A stretch of DNA of 32,000 nt from Candidatus Saccharimonas aalborgensis (GTDB lineage: Bacteria > Patescibacteriota > Saccharimonadia > Saccharimonadales > Saccharimonadaceae), in assembly GCF_000392435.1 (NCBI RefSeq), contig NC_021219.1, forward strand, positions 750,001-782,000, in the 5' to 3' direction. The stretch's first letter is position 1, and each line of letters opens with the position of its first letter. The position numbers were made by a program, and so were the translations under genes. The notes under the pieces are model-generated. The model had not been told where the DNA came from, did no database searches, and saw only the letters and a program-made list of their open reading frames with translations. Shown piece by piece: positions 1 to 8,355 of this stretch.

Positions 1-2
1 GT

Positions 3-1031
3 CCCGCTAAAGGTGATGCTGAGCGTGAGCTACTCGAAACCTACGCTCACTATACAACGCCCCCGTCACCACGCATTAGTCCCGTTCGCACTAGTAGCTA
101 CCGCACCGGCAAAAGGGATAAGATTGGTGTTATCCTTCCTGATACTCAGTTTGGTTATCGCTATGTAGACGGCATTTATGTGCCCATTCATGATCCTCGT
201 GCCCTCAACGTTGCGCGTCAGGTAATCCGCTGCATTGGCACCGAACTCGACCTCGTTGTTCATGTTGGCGATGCGCTCGACTACCCCCATTTCGGCAAAC
301 ATGATGATGATCCTGCGACCTGGAATACTACTCAAAAAACAAATGCGGACTTCCAGCGGGAAGTTACTGCTGGTGCAATGCGCGCTGATGCGCCAAATGC
401 AAAAAGTGTATGGCTCGAGGGAAATCACGAGAAGCGTCGCCGTGTGTATGTGGAAGATAAGGCACCTCACCTTGTCGGTGAGCGAGTTGTCAACCCGGAT
501 GGTTCCCCAGGTGAGTTGGCCCTATCTTTGGCAAATGTATTCAGTTTAGGGAAGCTTGGTATCGATTACATCGAGGGCTATCCCAATAACTGGTACCGCA
601 TCAATGACCGACTCATGGTAATTCATGGCAGCCAATCAAACGTAAAGGGGAGTACTGTGCACGGCATACTGCATAACACGGCGCATCCCTCGATGTCTGT
701 CATTAGCGGCCATACGCATCGAGCTGAAAAGGCCACCAAGACGATATACCTACCCGACGGAACACCACGAACTGTTCAAGCCGAATCATTTGGTACGTTG
801 GCAGACATTCGTGGAGCGGTGCCGGCTGGCAATATGGGACGCACTATGGATAATCTTCACACCGAAAGCTTACCAAACTGGCAGCAGGGCTTAGGAATTG
901 TCTATTACCGTGAAGGTGATGCACCGTTTAAGACCGAATTTGTGCCAATTCATACCTTTGATGGCCATGAAGCACTGTTTGATGGTAAGGTATTTACTCC
1001 AACGGTCGACGAGTACGGCAACCCACTATAA
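3..1031 (+). CDS. Metallophosphoesterase (calcineurin-like, phage/bacterial type), 5'-truncated by the window edge
   Basis: Frame is open from position 3 to the TAA at 1029-1031 (343 codons), so the listed GTG start at 180 is probably internal. Motifs: GVILPDTQFG, HVGDALDY, WLEGNHEKR, VIHGSQ, VISGHTHR. Confidence 0.8.
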   Translation, partial: PAKGDAERELLETYAHYTTPPSPRISPVRTSSYRTGKRDKIGVILPDTQFGYRYVDGIYVPIHDPRALNVARQVIRCIGTELDLVVHVGDALDYPHFGKHDDDPATWNTTQKTNADFQREVTAGAMRADAPNAKSVWLEGNHEKRRRVYVEDKAPHLVGERVVNPDGSPGELALSLANVFSLGKLGIDYIEGYPNNWYRINDRLMVIHGSQSNVKGSTVHGILHNTAHPSMSVISGHTHRAEKATKTIYLPDGTPRTVQAESFGTLADIRGAVPAGNMGRTMDNLHTESLPNWQQGLGIVYYREGDAPFKTEFVPIHTFDGHEALFDGKVFTPTVDEYGNPL

Positions 1032-1046
1032 CCAGAGACTACAGTC

Positions 1047-1055
1047 TGATATACT
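1047..1055 (+). promoter_or_regulatory. Extended -10 promoter for lysS (TGA TATACT)
   Basis: TGn-TATACT at 1047-1055 in the gap between the phosphoesterase and lysS. Predicted start near 1062. Confidence 0.55.
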
Positions 1056-1086
1056 GTACCTAGTAATTAACTAGTGGGACTACTTG

Positions 1087-2595
1087 ATGGCGACATTGAA
1101 GGAATTGCGCGATGAGCGCCTACGAAAATTAGATGATCTAAAAAAGCTAGGAGTCAACGCCTATCCTGCTGAGTCGGCGCGCACTCATACATGCCGCGAG
1201 GTAGCAGAACAGTTTGAGTCGCTCGAAGGCCAGACGGTCAAGGTCGTTGGTCGTTTGATCGGAACACGCAAATTTGGCAAACTGGCCTTTCTCGTGCTGC
1301 GTGATATGAGCGGCCAGGTGCAGCTATTTCTCAAAGCAGATACTATCGAACCACTCAATGCACCACTATCGCAGCTGGGCATGGATGAGTTAAACCTGCT
1401 AGATCCAGGTGATTTCGTCGAAGCAGAAGGAGTCGTTATCCGCACACAGACGGGTGAAGTGAGTGTCGATGTACGGAAATTTCGTCTTCTCACGAAATCA
1501 CTGCGACCGATGCCAACTGAGCAAGAGGGGTTTCGTGACAAAGAAGAGCGTTTTCGTCGTCGCTACGTCGACATGAACGTCAACCGCGACGTCCGTGAAC
1601 GATTTGTTCGCCGAAGTAAGTTTTGGCAGGCGACACGTAAGTTCCTCGATGATCATGGATTCTATGAGGTAAATGTTCCAGTCCTCGAGCATACGACGGG
1701 TGGAGCTGATGCAACGCCGTTTGTGACTCACATGGATGCGCTTGATCAGGATTTCTACTTACGGATTAGTCACGAACTTCCGCTCAAGCGGCTCCTCGGA
1801 GCTGGGTTCGAAAAAGTGTATGATGTTGGGCCGCGCTTCCGCAACGAGAATTATACTGATGAGCATCTGCCCGAGCACATTGCGATGGAATGGTACTGGG
1901 CGTATGCCAACTGGCAGGACGGCATGAAGTTCATGGAAGAGATGTATCGCTATGTTTTGTCAGAAACCTTTGGCACGTTGCAATTTGATATTCAGGGCAA
2001 ACAGGTTGACATGGGTAAAGAGTGGGAAGTATGGGACTACGCCACGGTCATTCGAGATCACTATGGGATCGATGTGCACAACACGAGCATTGAAGAAGTG
2101 AGCACGAAATTAGCCGAGAATAAACTAGAAGTCGAAAAAACTGATAGTATCCCGCGTGGCATCGATAAGCTGTGGAAACACATTCGCAAAGATGTCGTTG
2201 GTCCAGTGTGGCTCGTTAACACGCCCAAATTTATTTCGCCGCTTGCAAAAAGTAGTGTCGATAACCCCGATGTCGTGCAACGGTTTCAGGCCGTCATCGT
2301 GGGGAGTGAGCTGTGCAACGGGTTTAGCGAGCTCAACGATCCGATCGACCAATACAATCGGTTTATAGAGCAGCAGCAAATGCGTGATGGTGGAGATGAT
2401 GAAGCCATGATGCTTGATATCGACTTTGTTGAGATGCTCGAATACGGTATGCCACCGGCGTGTGGACTCGGCTATAGCGAGCGGGTATTTTGGATGTTCG
2501 AGGGCGTGACCGCACGCGAGGGCGTGCCGTTCCCGCAGCTCAGAAGTGATATTGATGAGGTAACAAAAAGCCTCTATCCAAATGTAAAATTATAA
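1087..2595 (+). CDS. lysS: Lysyl-tRNA synthetase, class II
   Basis: Full-length protein with N-terminal OB fold and class II motifs (RFRNENYTDEHLPEHIAMEWYWAY; GLGYSERVFWMFEGVTAREGVPFPQLR). The track start at 1084 is TTG; ATG at 1087 is more likely. Confidence 0.93.
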   Translation: MATLKELRDERLRKLDDLKKLGVNAYPAESARTHTCREVAEQFESLEGQTVKVVGRLIGTRKFGKLAFLVLRDMSGQVQLFLKADTIEPLNAPLSQLGMDELNLLDPGDFVEAEGVVIRTQTGEVSVDVRKFRLLTKSLRPMPTEQEGFRDKEERFRRRYVDMNVNRDVRERFVRRSKFWQATRKFLDDHGFYEVNVPVLEHTTGGADATPFVTHMDALDQDFYLRISHELPLKRLLGAGFEKVYDVGPRFRNENYTDEHLPEHIAMEWYWAYANWQDGMKFMEEMYRYVLSETFGTLQFDIQGKQVDMGKEWEVWDYATVIRDHYGIDVHNTSIEEVSTKLAENKLEVEKTDSIPRGIDKLWKHIRKDVVGPVWLVNTPKFISPLAKSSVDNPDVVQRFQAVIVGSELCNGFSELNDPIDQYNRFIEQQQMRDGGDDEAMMLDIDFVEMLEYGMPPACGLGYSERVFWMFEGVTAREGVPFPQLRSDIDEVTKSLYPNVKL

Positions 2596-2626
2596 AGCCA
2601 TTGATAACCGTTCGGGAGGAGAATTA

Positions 2627-3310
2627 ATGATTGAACTAAAATCTGTCACAAAGACATACGGCAAAAAGAAAAACACGTTTACGGCGCTTGATGATGTAAG
2701 CTTTGTTATTCCCGACGGCGCAACTGTTGCGATTGTCGGAAAAAGCGGGAGTGGGAAGAGCACGCTGATGCATGCAATGAGCGGGCTCGACCGACCAGAA
2801 GTGGGAGAAGTTATCATCGATGGCGACAATATCCTGACACTTAAAGCAAAAGCAGTCGATGCATTTCGATCTGAAAAGATGGCGTTTATATTCCAGAGCT
2901 TTTTTGTGCAAGGAAATGAGAGTTGCTACAACAATGTAAGCTTGCCACTCGAGATTGCAAAAGTTCCACTGCGCAATCGTCGTGCAAAAATACTCGCGGC
3001 GCTTAAGGCTGTGGGTCTTGATGATAAGGTCAAGTCGCGTGCACGCGATCTGTCTGGTGGTCAAAAGCAGCGTCTTGCCATTGCACGAGCAATTGTTGGG
3101 GAGCCGACCGTACTTTTCGCCGATGAACCAACGGGTAATCTGGACAGCACGACGGGAGCACAGATAGAAAAGCTGCTCTTTGATTACAACAAAAAACATA
3201 AAGCAACCCTGGTAATCGTCACGCATGATCATGATATTGCACGGAAGTGTCAGATACAGATTATGATCAAAGATGGAAAAGTTCAGTCTATCGAGGAGGC
3301 AAAACGATGA
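2627..3310 (+). CDS. ABC transporter ATP-binding protein (MacB/LolD-like)
   Basis: Walker A GKSGSGKST, signature LSGGQKQR, Walker B VLFADEPTGNLD. Strong SD GGAGGA just upstream. Confidence 0.9.
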   Translation: MIELKSVTKTYGKKKNTFTALDDVSFVIPDGATVAIVGKSGSGKSTLMHAMSGLDRPEVGEVIIDGDNILTLKAKAVDAFRSEKMAFIFQSFFVQGNESCYNNVSLPLEIAKVPLRNRRAKILAALKAVGLDDKVKSRARDLSGGQKQRLAIARAIVGEPTVLFADEPTGNLDSTTGAQIEKLLFDYNKKHKATLVIVTHDHDIARKCQIQIMIKDGKVQSIEEAKR

Positions 3311-4662
3311 AACGTATCGATATCATGAAGCGCGCTGGTCGTAATTTGCGCCAAGCAAAAGCACGTACGCTCCTGACGAGCCTTGCTATTGCCGTCGGTG
3401 CATTCACGTTGACAGCAAGTCTCGCAGTCGGCGAAGGTGCTCGCCAATATGCCGACAAACTGATCAAGAGCAATGTTGATCCGCAATCGGTGTATGTCAC
3501 AAAAGAAAAAATACGCGAGAATGGTCCAGCGGGCTCGGGCCTAAAAGAATATAGCGATAGCGCCGCACAGTACAATGGCATCACCATCAAAACGTTGAGT
3601 GCTGACGATATCAAAACTATCAGTGAAATAAAGGGGGTGAGTAAAGTTGCGCCAACCTATCTCATTAGCACGCAGTATGTAACATTCGAAGGCAAGGATA
3701 AAAAATATGTCAGCGACGTGACAACCTACGACCCCACCGTACTTGCATCGATCGCAAGCGGGACACTACCAAAACTCGGTGATCAAATCGGCGTAGACGA
3801 GGTTGTTATGCCAGAGTCGTATGCAGACTCGCTCGACATGAAACCCGCGGATCTCGTGGGCAAAACAGTAACGCTTCATTTGGTTAAGACTGGCAAACAG
3901 CCCAGCCAAGCAGAACTCCAGCAGGCATTTTTACAGGGAGGAACAGCGGCAGTTCAGAGTCTCGTACAAGTAGAGACCAAAGACATACAGCTCCGTGTTC
4001 GTGCCGTGAGTGCAAAATCAAGCACCTCATTTTCGGCAACGGCGGCACTGTTTATATCTGATACAAAGGCAGCTGAGTTGGCAGATTACCTTACGGCGGG
4101 CACGTCGCAGTATAGGCAATACATCTCTGCAACAGTAATTGTCGATAAGGCAACCAGCCCCGAGACAGTTAAGCAGTCAATTCTCGATAAGGGGATGCAT
4201 GCCTTGACAGCAAAAGATCTATCTGGCATCATCTTTACGATCGTCGATATACTACAGGGAATTGTTACTGGGTTTGGTATTTTAGCGTTGATTGCAAGCG
4301 TATTTGGGATTATCAACACGCAGTATATTAGTGTGCTTGAGCGCACTAGCCAGATTGGGCTGATGAAAGCGCTCGGTATGAGCCGTCGCGGTATTGCAAA
4401 GTTGTTTCGCTACGAAGCGGCATGGATTGGCTTTATCGGTGGGTTAATTGGTGCGGGAATCGCCTTTGTTGTCGGTACGGCGCTCAATCCATGGATCACA
4501 AAAACACTGTCATTGGGTGATGGCAACTATCTCCTCATCTATGTGTGGTGGCAAATAGCCTCATTGCTGCTTGCGCTCATCCTCGTTGCCGTGGTCGCCG
4601 GCTGGTTCCCGGCTCGCAAAGCGGCTCGGCTTGATCCGATCGAAGCGCTACGTACAGAGTAG
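3307..4662 (+). CDS. ABC transporter permease (FtsX/MacB-like, periplasmic core domain)
   Basis: ATGA overlap with the ATPase stop. N-terminal TM segment, large extracytoplasmic domain, C-terminal TM helices ending PARKAARLDPIEALRTE. The track start at 3247 overlaps the ATPase. Confidence 0.88.
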   Translation: MKRIDIMKRAGRNLRQAKARTLLTSLAIAVGAFTLTASLAVGEGARQYADKLIKSNVDPQSVYVTKEKIRENGPAGSGLKEYSDSAAQYNGITIKTLSADDIKTISEIKGVSKVAPTYLISTQYVTFEGKDKKYVSDVTTYDPTVLASIASGTLPKLGDQIGVDEVVMPESYADSLDMKPADLVGKTVTLHLVKTGKQPSQAELQQAFLQGGTAAVQSLVQVETKDIQLRVRAVSAKSSTSFSATAALFISDTKAAELADYLTAGTSQYRQYISATVIVDKATSPETVKQSILDKGMHALTAKDLSGIIFTIVDILQGIVTGFGILALIASVFGIINTQYISVLERTSQIGLMKALGMSRRGIAKLFRYEAAWIGFIGGLIGAGIAFVVGTALNPWITKTLSLGDGNYLLIYVWWQIASLLLALILVAVVAGWFPARKAARLDPIEALRTE

Positions 4663-4687
4663 AGAACTCGATTTTTCATACTAATTA

Positions 4688-4696
4688 TGCTAATCT
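4688..4696 (+). promoter_or_regulatory. Extended -10 (TGC TAATCT) for the methyltransferase at 4706
   Basis: TGCTAATCT followed by 9 nt and the ATG. Confidence 0.45.
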
Positions 4697-4705
4697 ATTC
4701 TGGTA

Positions 4706-5404
4706 ATGTCACTCGAAAAATACAAAAATGAAAAACGTCTTGTCGAACGCACACACCACTCTCCCTATCTCTATGCTGCAGCTTTTGGTCGTGTCGTACA
4801 CTCTCGTGGTGTCGAAACGGTTGTTGATGTCGCGGCGGGTGATAGCGAATACGCCGCATCTCGTGTCATAAGTGGTCAGCGAGTCATTCGTGTTGATAGA
4901 GATTATGACCGTGTAGCCCCAAGGGGGGGTGACTGGCTGGCTGCAAGCGCGGAAAGTATGCCTATTGAGGATGGGTCGGTAGACGCAGTTATCTCGGCCT
5001 TTTTGATACAGCACTTGAGCCCAGAACAGCAAACAAAGGCAATTAGCGAGATGCTTCGTATCGCAAAACCTTACCGTGTGGGTGAGAATAGAGGCTTTGT
5101 CGGGTTATACCCGGTATATGATTATCGCAAAATGGAAGACAAGCTAAAAAGAACAGGTTTTTGGGATCAAATCGGCCTTGCAACTGATTTTGATGCATTT
5201 GATGGCGTGCCGCTTGACGAGCGAAGGTTGAAGTACCCTACACTATGGATACCAAAATGGCAGTCGATGGGTGCCGATGAGAGACAATCGCTCGTTACGG
5301 CAGTGGTAGAGTCCGGTGCATTTTATCGCCGCCGTACCGCTGCCGATGTTGCGCGACAATTGGCTATGCGTGCCGCTGGTGACACACGCGTGCACACAAA
5401 ATAG
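4706..5404 (+). CDS. Class I SAM-dependent methyltransferase-like protein
   Basis: VETVVDVAAGDSEYAASR (motif I-like), RVIRVDRD, LAASAESMPIEDGSVDAVISAFLIQHL. Confidence 0.65.
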   Translation: MSLEKYKNEKRLVERTHHSPYLYAAAFGRVVHSRGVETVVDVAAGDSEYAASRVISGQRVIRVDRDYDRVAPRGGDWLAASAESMPIEDGSVDAVISAFLIQHLSPEQQTKAISEMLRIAKPYRVGENRGFVGLYPVYDYRKMEDKLKRTGFWDQIGLATDFDAFDGVPLDERRLKYPTLWIPKWQSMGADERQSLVTAVVESGAFYRRRTAADVARQLAMRAAGDTRVHTK

Positions 5405-5430
5405 ACGGCCAACCTCAAACCGAGTATACT
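5402..5430 (+). promoter_or_regulatory. serS promoter TAGACG-17-TATACT, 7 nt before the ATG
   Basis: -35 at 5402-5407, 17-bp spacer, -10 at 5425-5430, ATG at 5438. Confidence 0.65.
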
Positions 5431-5437
5431 GTACCGT

Positions 5438-6682
5438 ATGTTAGATATTCGATTCATCAGGGAGAATCCCGACCGCGTTCAGACGGCCGCGGCGCAAAAA
5501 GGCTATACAGTAAATATTCAGGAGCTTTTGCATGCCGATGAATCGCGTCGTGAACTTCAGCAAAAAGCTGATGAGCTACGGACACGTCGTAACGAAATTG
5601 CCGCACAAATGAAGGGTGGGAAGCCAGCTGCTGAACTTGTCGAAGAAGGTAAAAGAATTAAGACTGAGCTTGCAGGAATAGAAGATCACCTACGGGTTGT
5701 AAGTGAGGCATATCAAGATCTGCTATGGGCAGTGCCAAATATTACTCTCGATGATGTACCGCTCGGTTGTGAGGAAGATTCGGTTGAAATAAAAAAAGTT
5801 GGTGAGCAAAAAACGGGTGCAAAGGATCATCTTGACTTTGCGCTTGCGCGTGATTGGGTTGATTTTGAGAGGGGAACTAAAGTCGCCGGTGCGAAGTTCT
5901 ACTTCGTAAAAGGGGACTTAGCACTGCTCGAAAACGCCATTGTTCAATTTGCCCTACAAAAGGTTACCGAAAAAGGCTTTACGCTAATGACCGTACCGCA
6001 TATGGTGAACCAGCGTACAATGACAGGTACTGGTTTTGCGCCACGTACTAGTGACCAATCTGACGAGTATAGTATCGAAGGTGAAGATTTATCGCTCATC
6101 GCTACAGCTGAAATTTCACTCACCGGCTACCATGCCGACGAAGTTATCGATGAAGCAAGGTTACCTCTCCTGTATGCGGGTTATAGCCCCTGTTATCGCA
6201 AAGAAGCGGGTGCCGCGGGTAAGCATACTCGTGGACTATTTCGCGTGCACCAGTTTAATAAACTTGAGATGTATGCGTACACGACACCAGAACAGAGTGC
6301 CGAGGTACACGAGAAGATTTTGGCAATCGAGGAAGAACTATGGCAGGAAATGGGTATCCCATATCATGTTATCAATATCGCTGCGGGTGATTTGGGCGCG
6401 CCAGCTGCCAAAAAGTATGATATCGAATACTGGTCCCCAGTTGATGGGAAATATCGTGAACTAACGAGCTGTAGCAACTGTACTGATTTTCAGGCACGCA
6501 ATCTCAATATTCGGGTTCGTCGCCCAGATGGATCAATTGAGGTGCTGCACACCCTCAATGGTACTGCAGTTAGCCTGGCTCGATCGCTTGTCGCCGTACT
6601 TGAAAATTACCAAAACGAAGATGGAACCCTCAGAGTACCAGAAGTTTTGCGTCCATATCTTGGTGGTCGCGAGGTACTATAA
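5438..6682 (+). CDS. serS: Seryl-tRNA synthetase
   Basis: MLDIRFIRENPDRV N-terminus, coiled-coil arm, TGTGFAPR, SPCYRKEAGAAGKHTRGLFRVHQF, TSCSNCTDFQARN, LNGTAVSLARSLVAVLENYQ. Confidence 0.95.
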   Translation: MLDIRFIRENPDRVQTAAAQKGYTVNIQELLHADESRRELQQKADELRTRRNEIAAQMKGGKPAAELVEEGKRIKTELAGIEDHLRVVSEAYQDLLWAVPNITLDDVPLGCEEDSVEIKKVGEQKTGAKDHLDFALARDWVDFERGTKVAGAKFYFVKGDLALLENAIVQFALQKVTEKGFTLMTVPHMVNQRTMTGTGFAPRTSDQSDEYSIEGEDLSLIATAEISLTGYHADEVIDEARLPLLYAGYSPCYRKEAGAAGKHTRGLFRVHQFNKLEMYAYTTPEQSAEVHEKILAIEEELWQEMGIPYHVINIAAGDLGAPAAKKYDIEYWSPVDGKYRELTSCSNCTDFQARNLNIRVRRPDGSIEVLHTLNGTAVSLARSLVAVLENYQNEDGTLRVPEVLRPYLGGREVL

Positions 6683-6684
6683 TC

Positions 6685-7830
6685 GTGATAAAACGTGTCG
6701 TGCGACGGACGACAAAACAAGTCTACAAACACGCTATCAAGCCGGTTCTGTTCAAGCAACACCCTGACAATGTGCATAAACACCTGATAAAAGTCGCCAA
6801 ACATACCCAGCGTATACCGGCGGTAAAACGTTTACCAAAACTATGGGCATATCAGGCGCCGTGTCTCGAGCAAACTATACTGGGCTTACATTTCAAAAAC
6901 CCCGTTGGACTTGCCGCTGGGTTTGACAAAGATATTGAGATGGCACCCACCATAAAAAATGTTGGGTTTGGATGGATGACGGGCGGGTCGGTGACGGCAC
7001 AACCCTGCAGGGGTAATCCGAAACCATGGTTTTATCGACTTCCTCAGTCAAAATCCCTTGTTGTTCATGCTGGATTACCCAGCGATGGCATAGTGGCGAT
7101 TCTGCAGCATCTCGCTACATATCCTGCATCTTTATTTACTTCAATGCCGCTTGCCGTGTCGGTAGCTAAGACTAATTCCAAAGAAACAGCGTTAGACGAG
7201 CAGGGCATCACCGATTATTGCGAGAGCTTAAGACTACTTAACATACAAAACCACTGCCAACTATACGAGATCAACATCAGTTGTCCCAATGCATTTGGTG
7301 GCGAGCCGTTTACTGATCCCGAGCGACTTGAGAAACTGCTTGCAGCGATTGATAGTCTCAAGCTTCATAGTCCAGTTTTTCTTAAAATGCCGATAGACAA
7401 GCCATGGCTCGAGTTTCGTGAGCTACTACAGGTAGCTTCCGAGCACAATATACAGGGTGTAACAATCGGGAATCTCCTAAAAGATCGTAGTGCAGCTCAC
7501 CTGAGTGAACCATTGCCAGATGAAATTCAGGGTAGCTTGAGCGGCAAACCAACGCGTCAAATCTCAACCGAACTCATTCGGCAGACATACCGTGAATTCT
7601 CGGATAGGTTTGTCATCATCGGTGTAGGAGGGATTTTTTCGGCACATGACGCGTATAAAAAGATACGGGCCGGTGCGAGCCTGGTGGCGCTTATCACCGG
7701 TATGATATTTGAAGGTCCACAACTTATCGGTGAGATCAACGCTGGACTTGAGAGTTATCTGAAACGTGATGGATTTGGGAATATTCACGAGGCTGTAGGC
7801 GTTGATACTCATGACAAAAAAGGCGTATAA
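6685..7830 (+). CDS. pyrD: Dihydroorotate dehydrogenase, class 2-like
   Basis: LHFKNPVGLAAGFDKD, GNPKPWFYRLPQ, YEINISCPNAFGG, VIIGVGGIFSAHDAYKKIRAGASLV. GTG start. Confidence 0.87.
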   Translation: MIKRVVRRTTKQVYKHAIKPVLFKQHPDNVHKHLIKVAKHTQRIPAVKRLPKLWAYQAPCLEQTILGLHFKNPVGLAAGFDKDIEMAPTIKNVGFGWMTGGSVTAQPCRGNPKPWFYRLPQSKSLVVHAGLPSDGIVAILQHLATYPASLFTSMPLAVSVAKTNSKETALDEQGITDYCESLRLLNIQNHCQLYEINISCPNAFGGEPFTDPERLEKLLAAIDSLKLHSPVFLKMPIDKPWLEFRELLQVASEHNIQGVTIGNLLKDRSAAHLSEPLPDEIQGSLSGKPTRQISTELIRQTYREFSDRFVIIGVGGIFSAHDAYKKIRAGASLVALITGMIFEGPQLIGEINAGLESYLKRDGFGNIHEAVGVDTHDKKGV

Positions 7831-7831
7831 T
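7802..7831 (+). promoter_or_regulatory. hpf promoter TTGATA-18-TATAAT inside the pyrD 3' end
   Basis: -35 5/6 match and -10 6/6 match; the -10 overlaps the pyrD stop codon. Confidence 0.65.
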
Positions 7832-7866
7832 AAAGGTACTAGCGGTTAACGAGAAAGGGGTCTATC

Positions 7867-8241
7867 GTGATCACAAACGTCGAAATAACCGGAGTCGGCT
7901 CATACACAGTCGACGAATCCACAAAAAAATATGTGTTAAAAAAAATTGGCAGCCTCGAGCGACTTGCTCCGCGGCACGCGCGCAAGAGCATGCATGCTGA
8001 CGTAAAATTGGCTGAGGTCAATCGAGACAAAGGTAACAAGTATGAGGTTGAGGTTATCCTCACTGTTCCAGATCGTCGGTTGACAGCAAAAGATTCAACA
8101 ATGAACATACTAGCTGCCATTGATATTGTTGAAGCTAAGCTTGCATCGCAGCTGCGTAAATACAAGCAAGAGACCGTGCCGCATGTTGGCAGACGCAAGC
8201 TACTCGATCGCTTCAAGCGAAGCTATGCGCGCGAACAGTAA
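7867..8241 (+). CDS. hpf: Ribosome hibernation promoting factor / RaiA-family protein (short form)
   Basis: MITNVEITGVGSYTVDESTKKYVLKKIGSLERL... EVEVILTVPDRRLTAKDSTMNILAAIDIVEAKLASQLRKYK. GTG start with SD GAGAAAGG. Confidence 0.83.
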   Translation: MITNVEITGVGSYTVDESTKKYVLKKIGSLERLAPRHARKSMHADVKLAEVNRDKGNKYEVEVILTVPDRRLTAKDSTMNILAAIDIVEAKLASQLRKYKQETVPHVGRRKLLDRFKRSYAREQ

Positions 8242-8292
8242 CTATCCCTTAAAATAGTACGCGATACTCTTTTATCTTGGCGCTTCAGCGCG

Positions 8293-8298
8293 TATAAT
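8293..8298 (+). promoter_or_regulatory. secA -10 element TATAAT
   Basis: Perfect -10 in the hpf-secA gap; no good -35 at standard spacing. Confidence 0.5.
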
Positions 8299-8355
8299 TA
8301 AGAGGATAGTTTATTCAGTATGAAAGTTGAGATAGAGAGGTAGCAAGGTTTTGAT

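Noticed and set aside
1060-1074. CTAGT-AATTA-ACTAG inverted repeat in the lysS leader, considered as an att site or operator
   Set aside because: Only 5-bp AT-rich arms and no tRNA or integrase nearby. Too weak to claim as an attachment site or operator.
2636-3232. 198-aa minus-strand ORF over the ABC ATPase gene
   Set aside because: Antisense to a conserved ATPase with intact Walker motifs; no family resemblance.
6678-6683. TATAAT immediately before the pyrD GTG
   Set aside because: Only 1 nt from the start codon and no -35, so it would initiate inside the gene. Not counted in the leaderless set.
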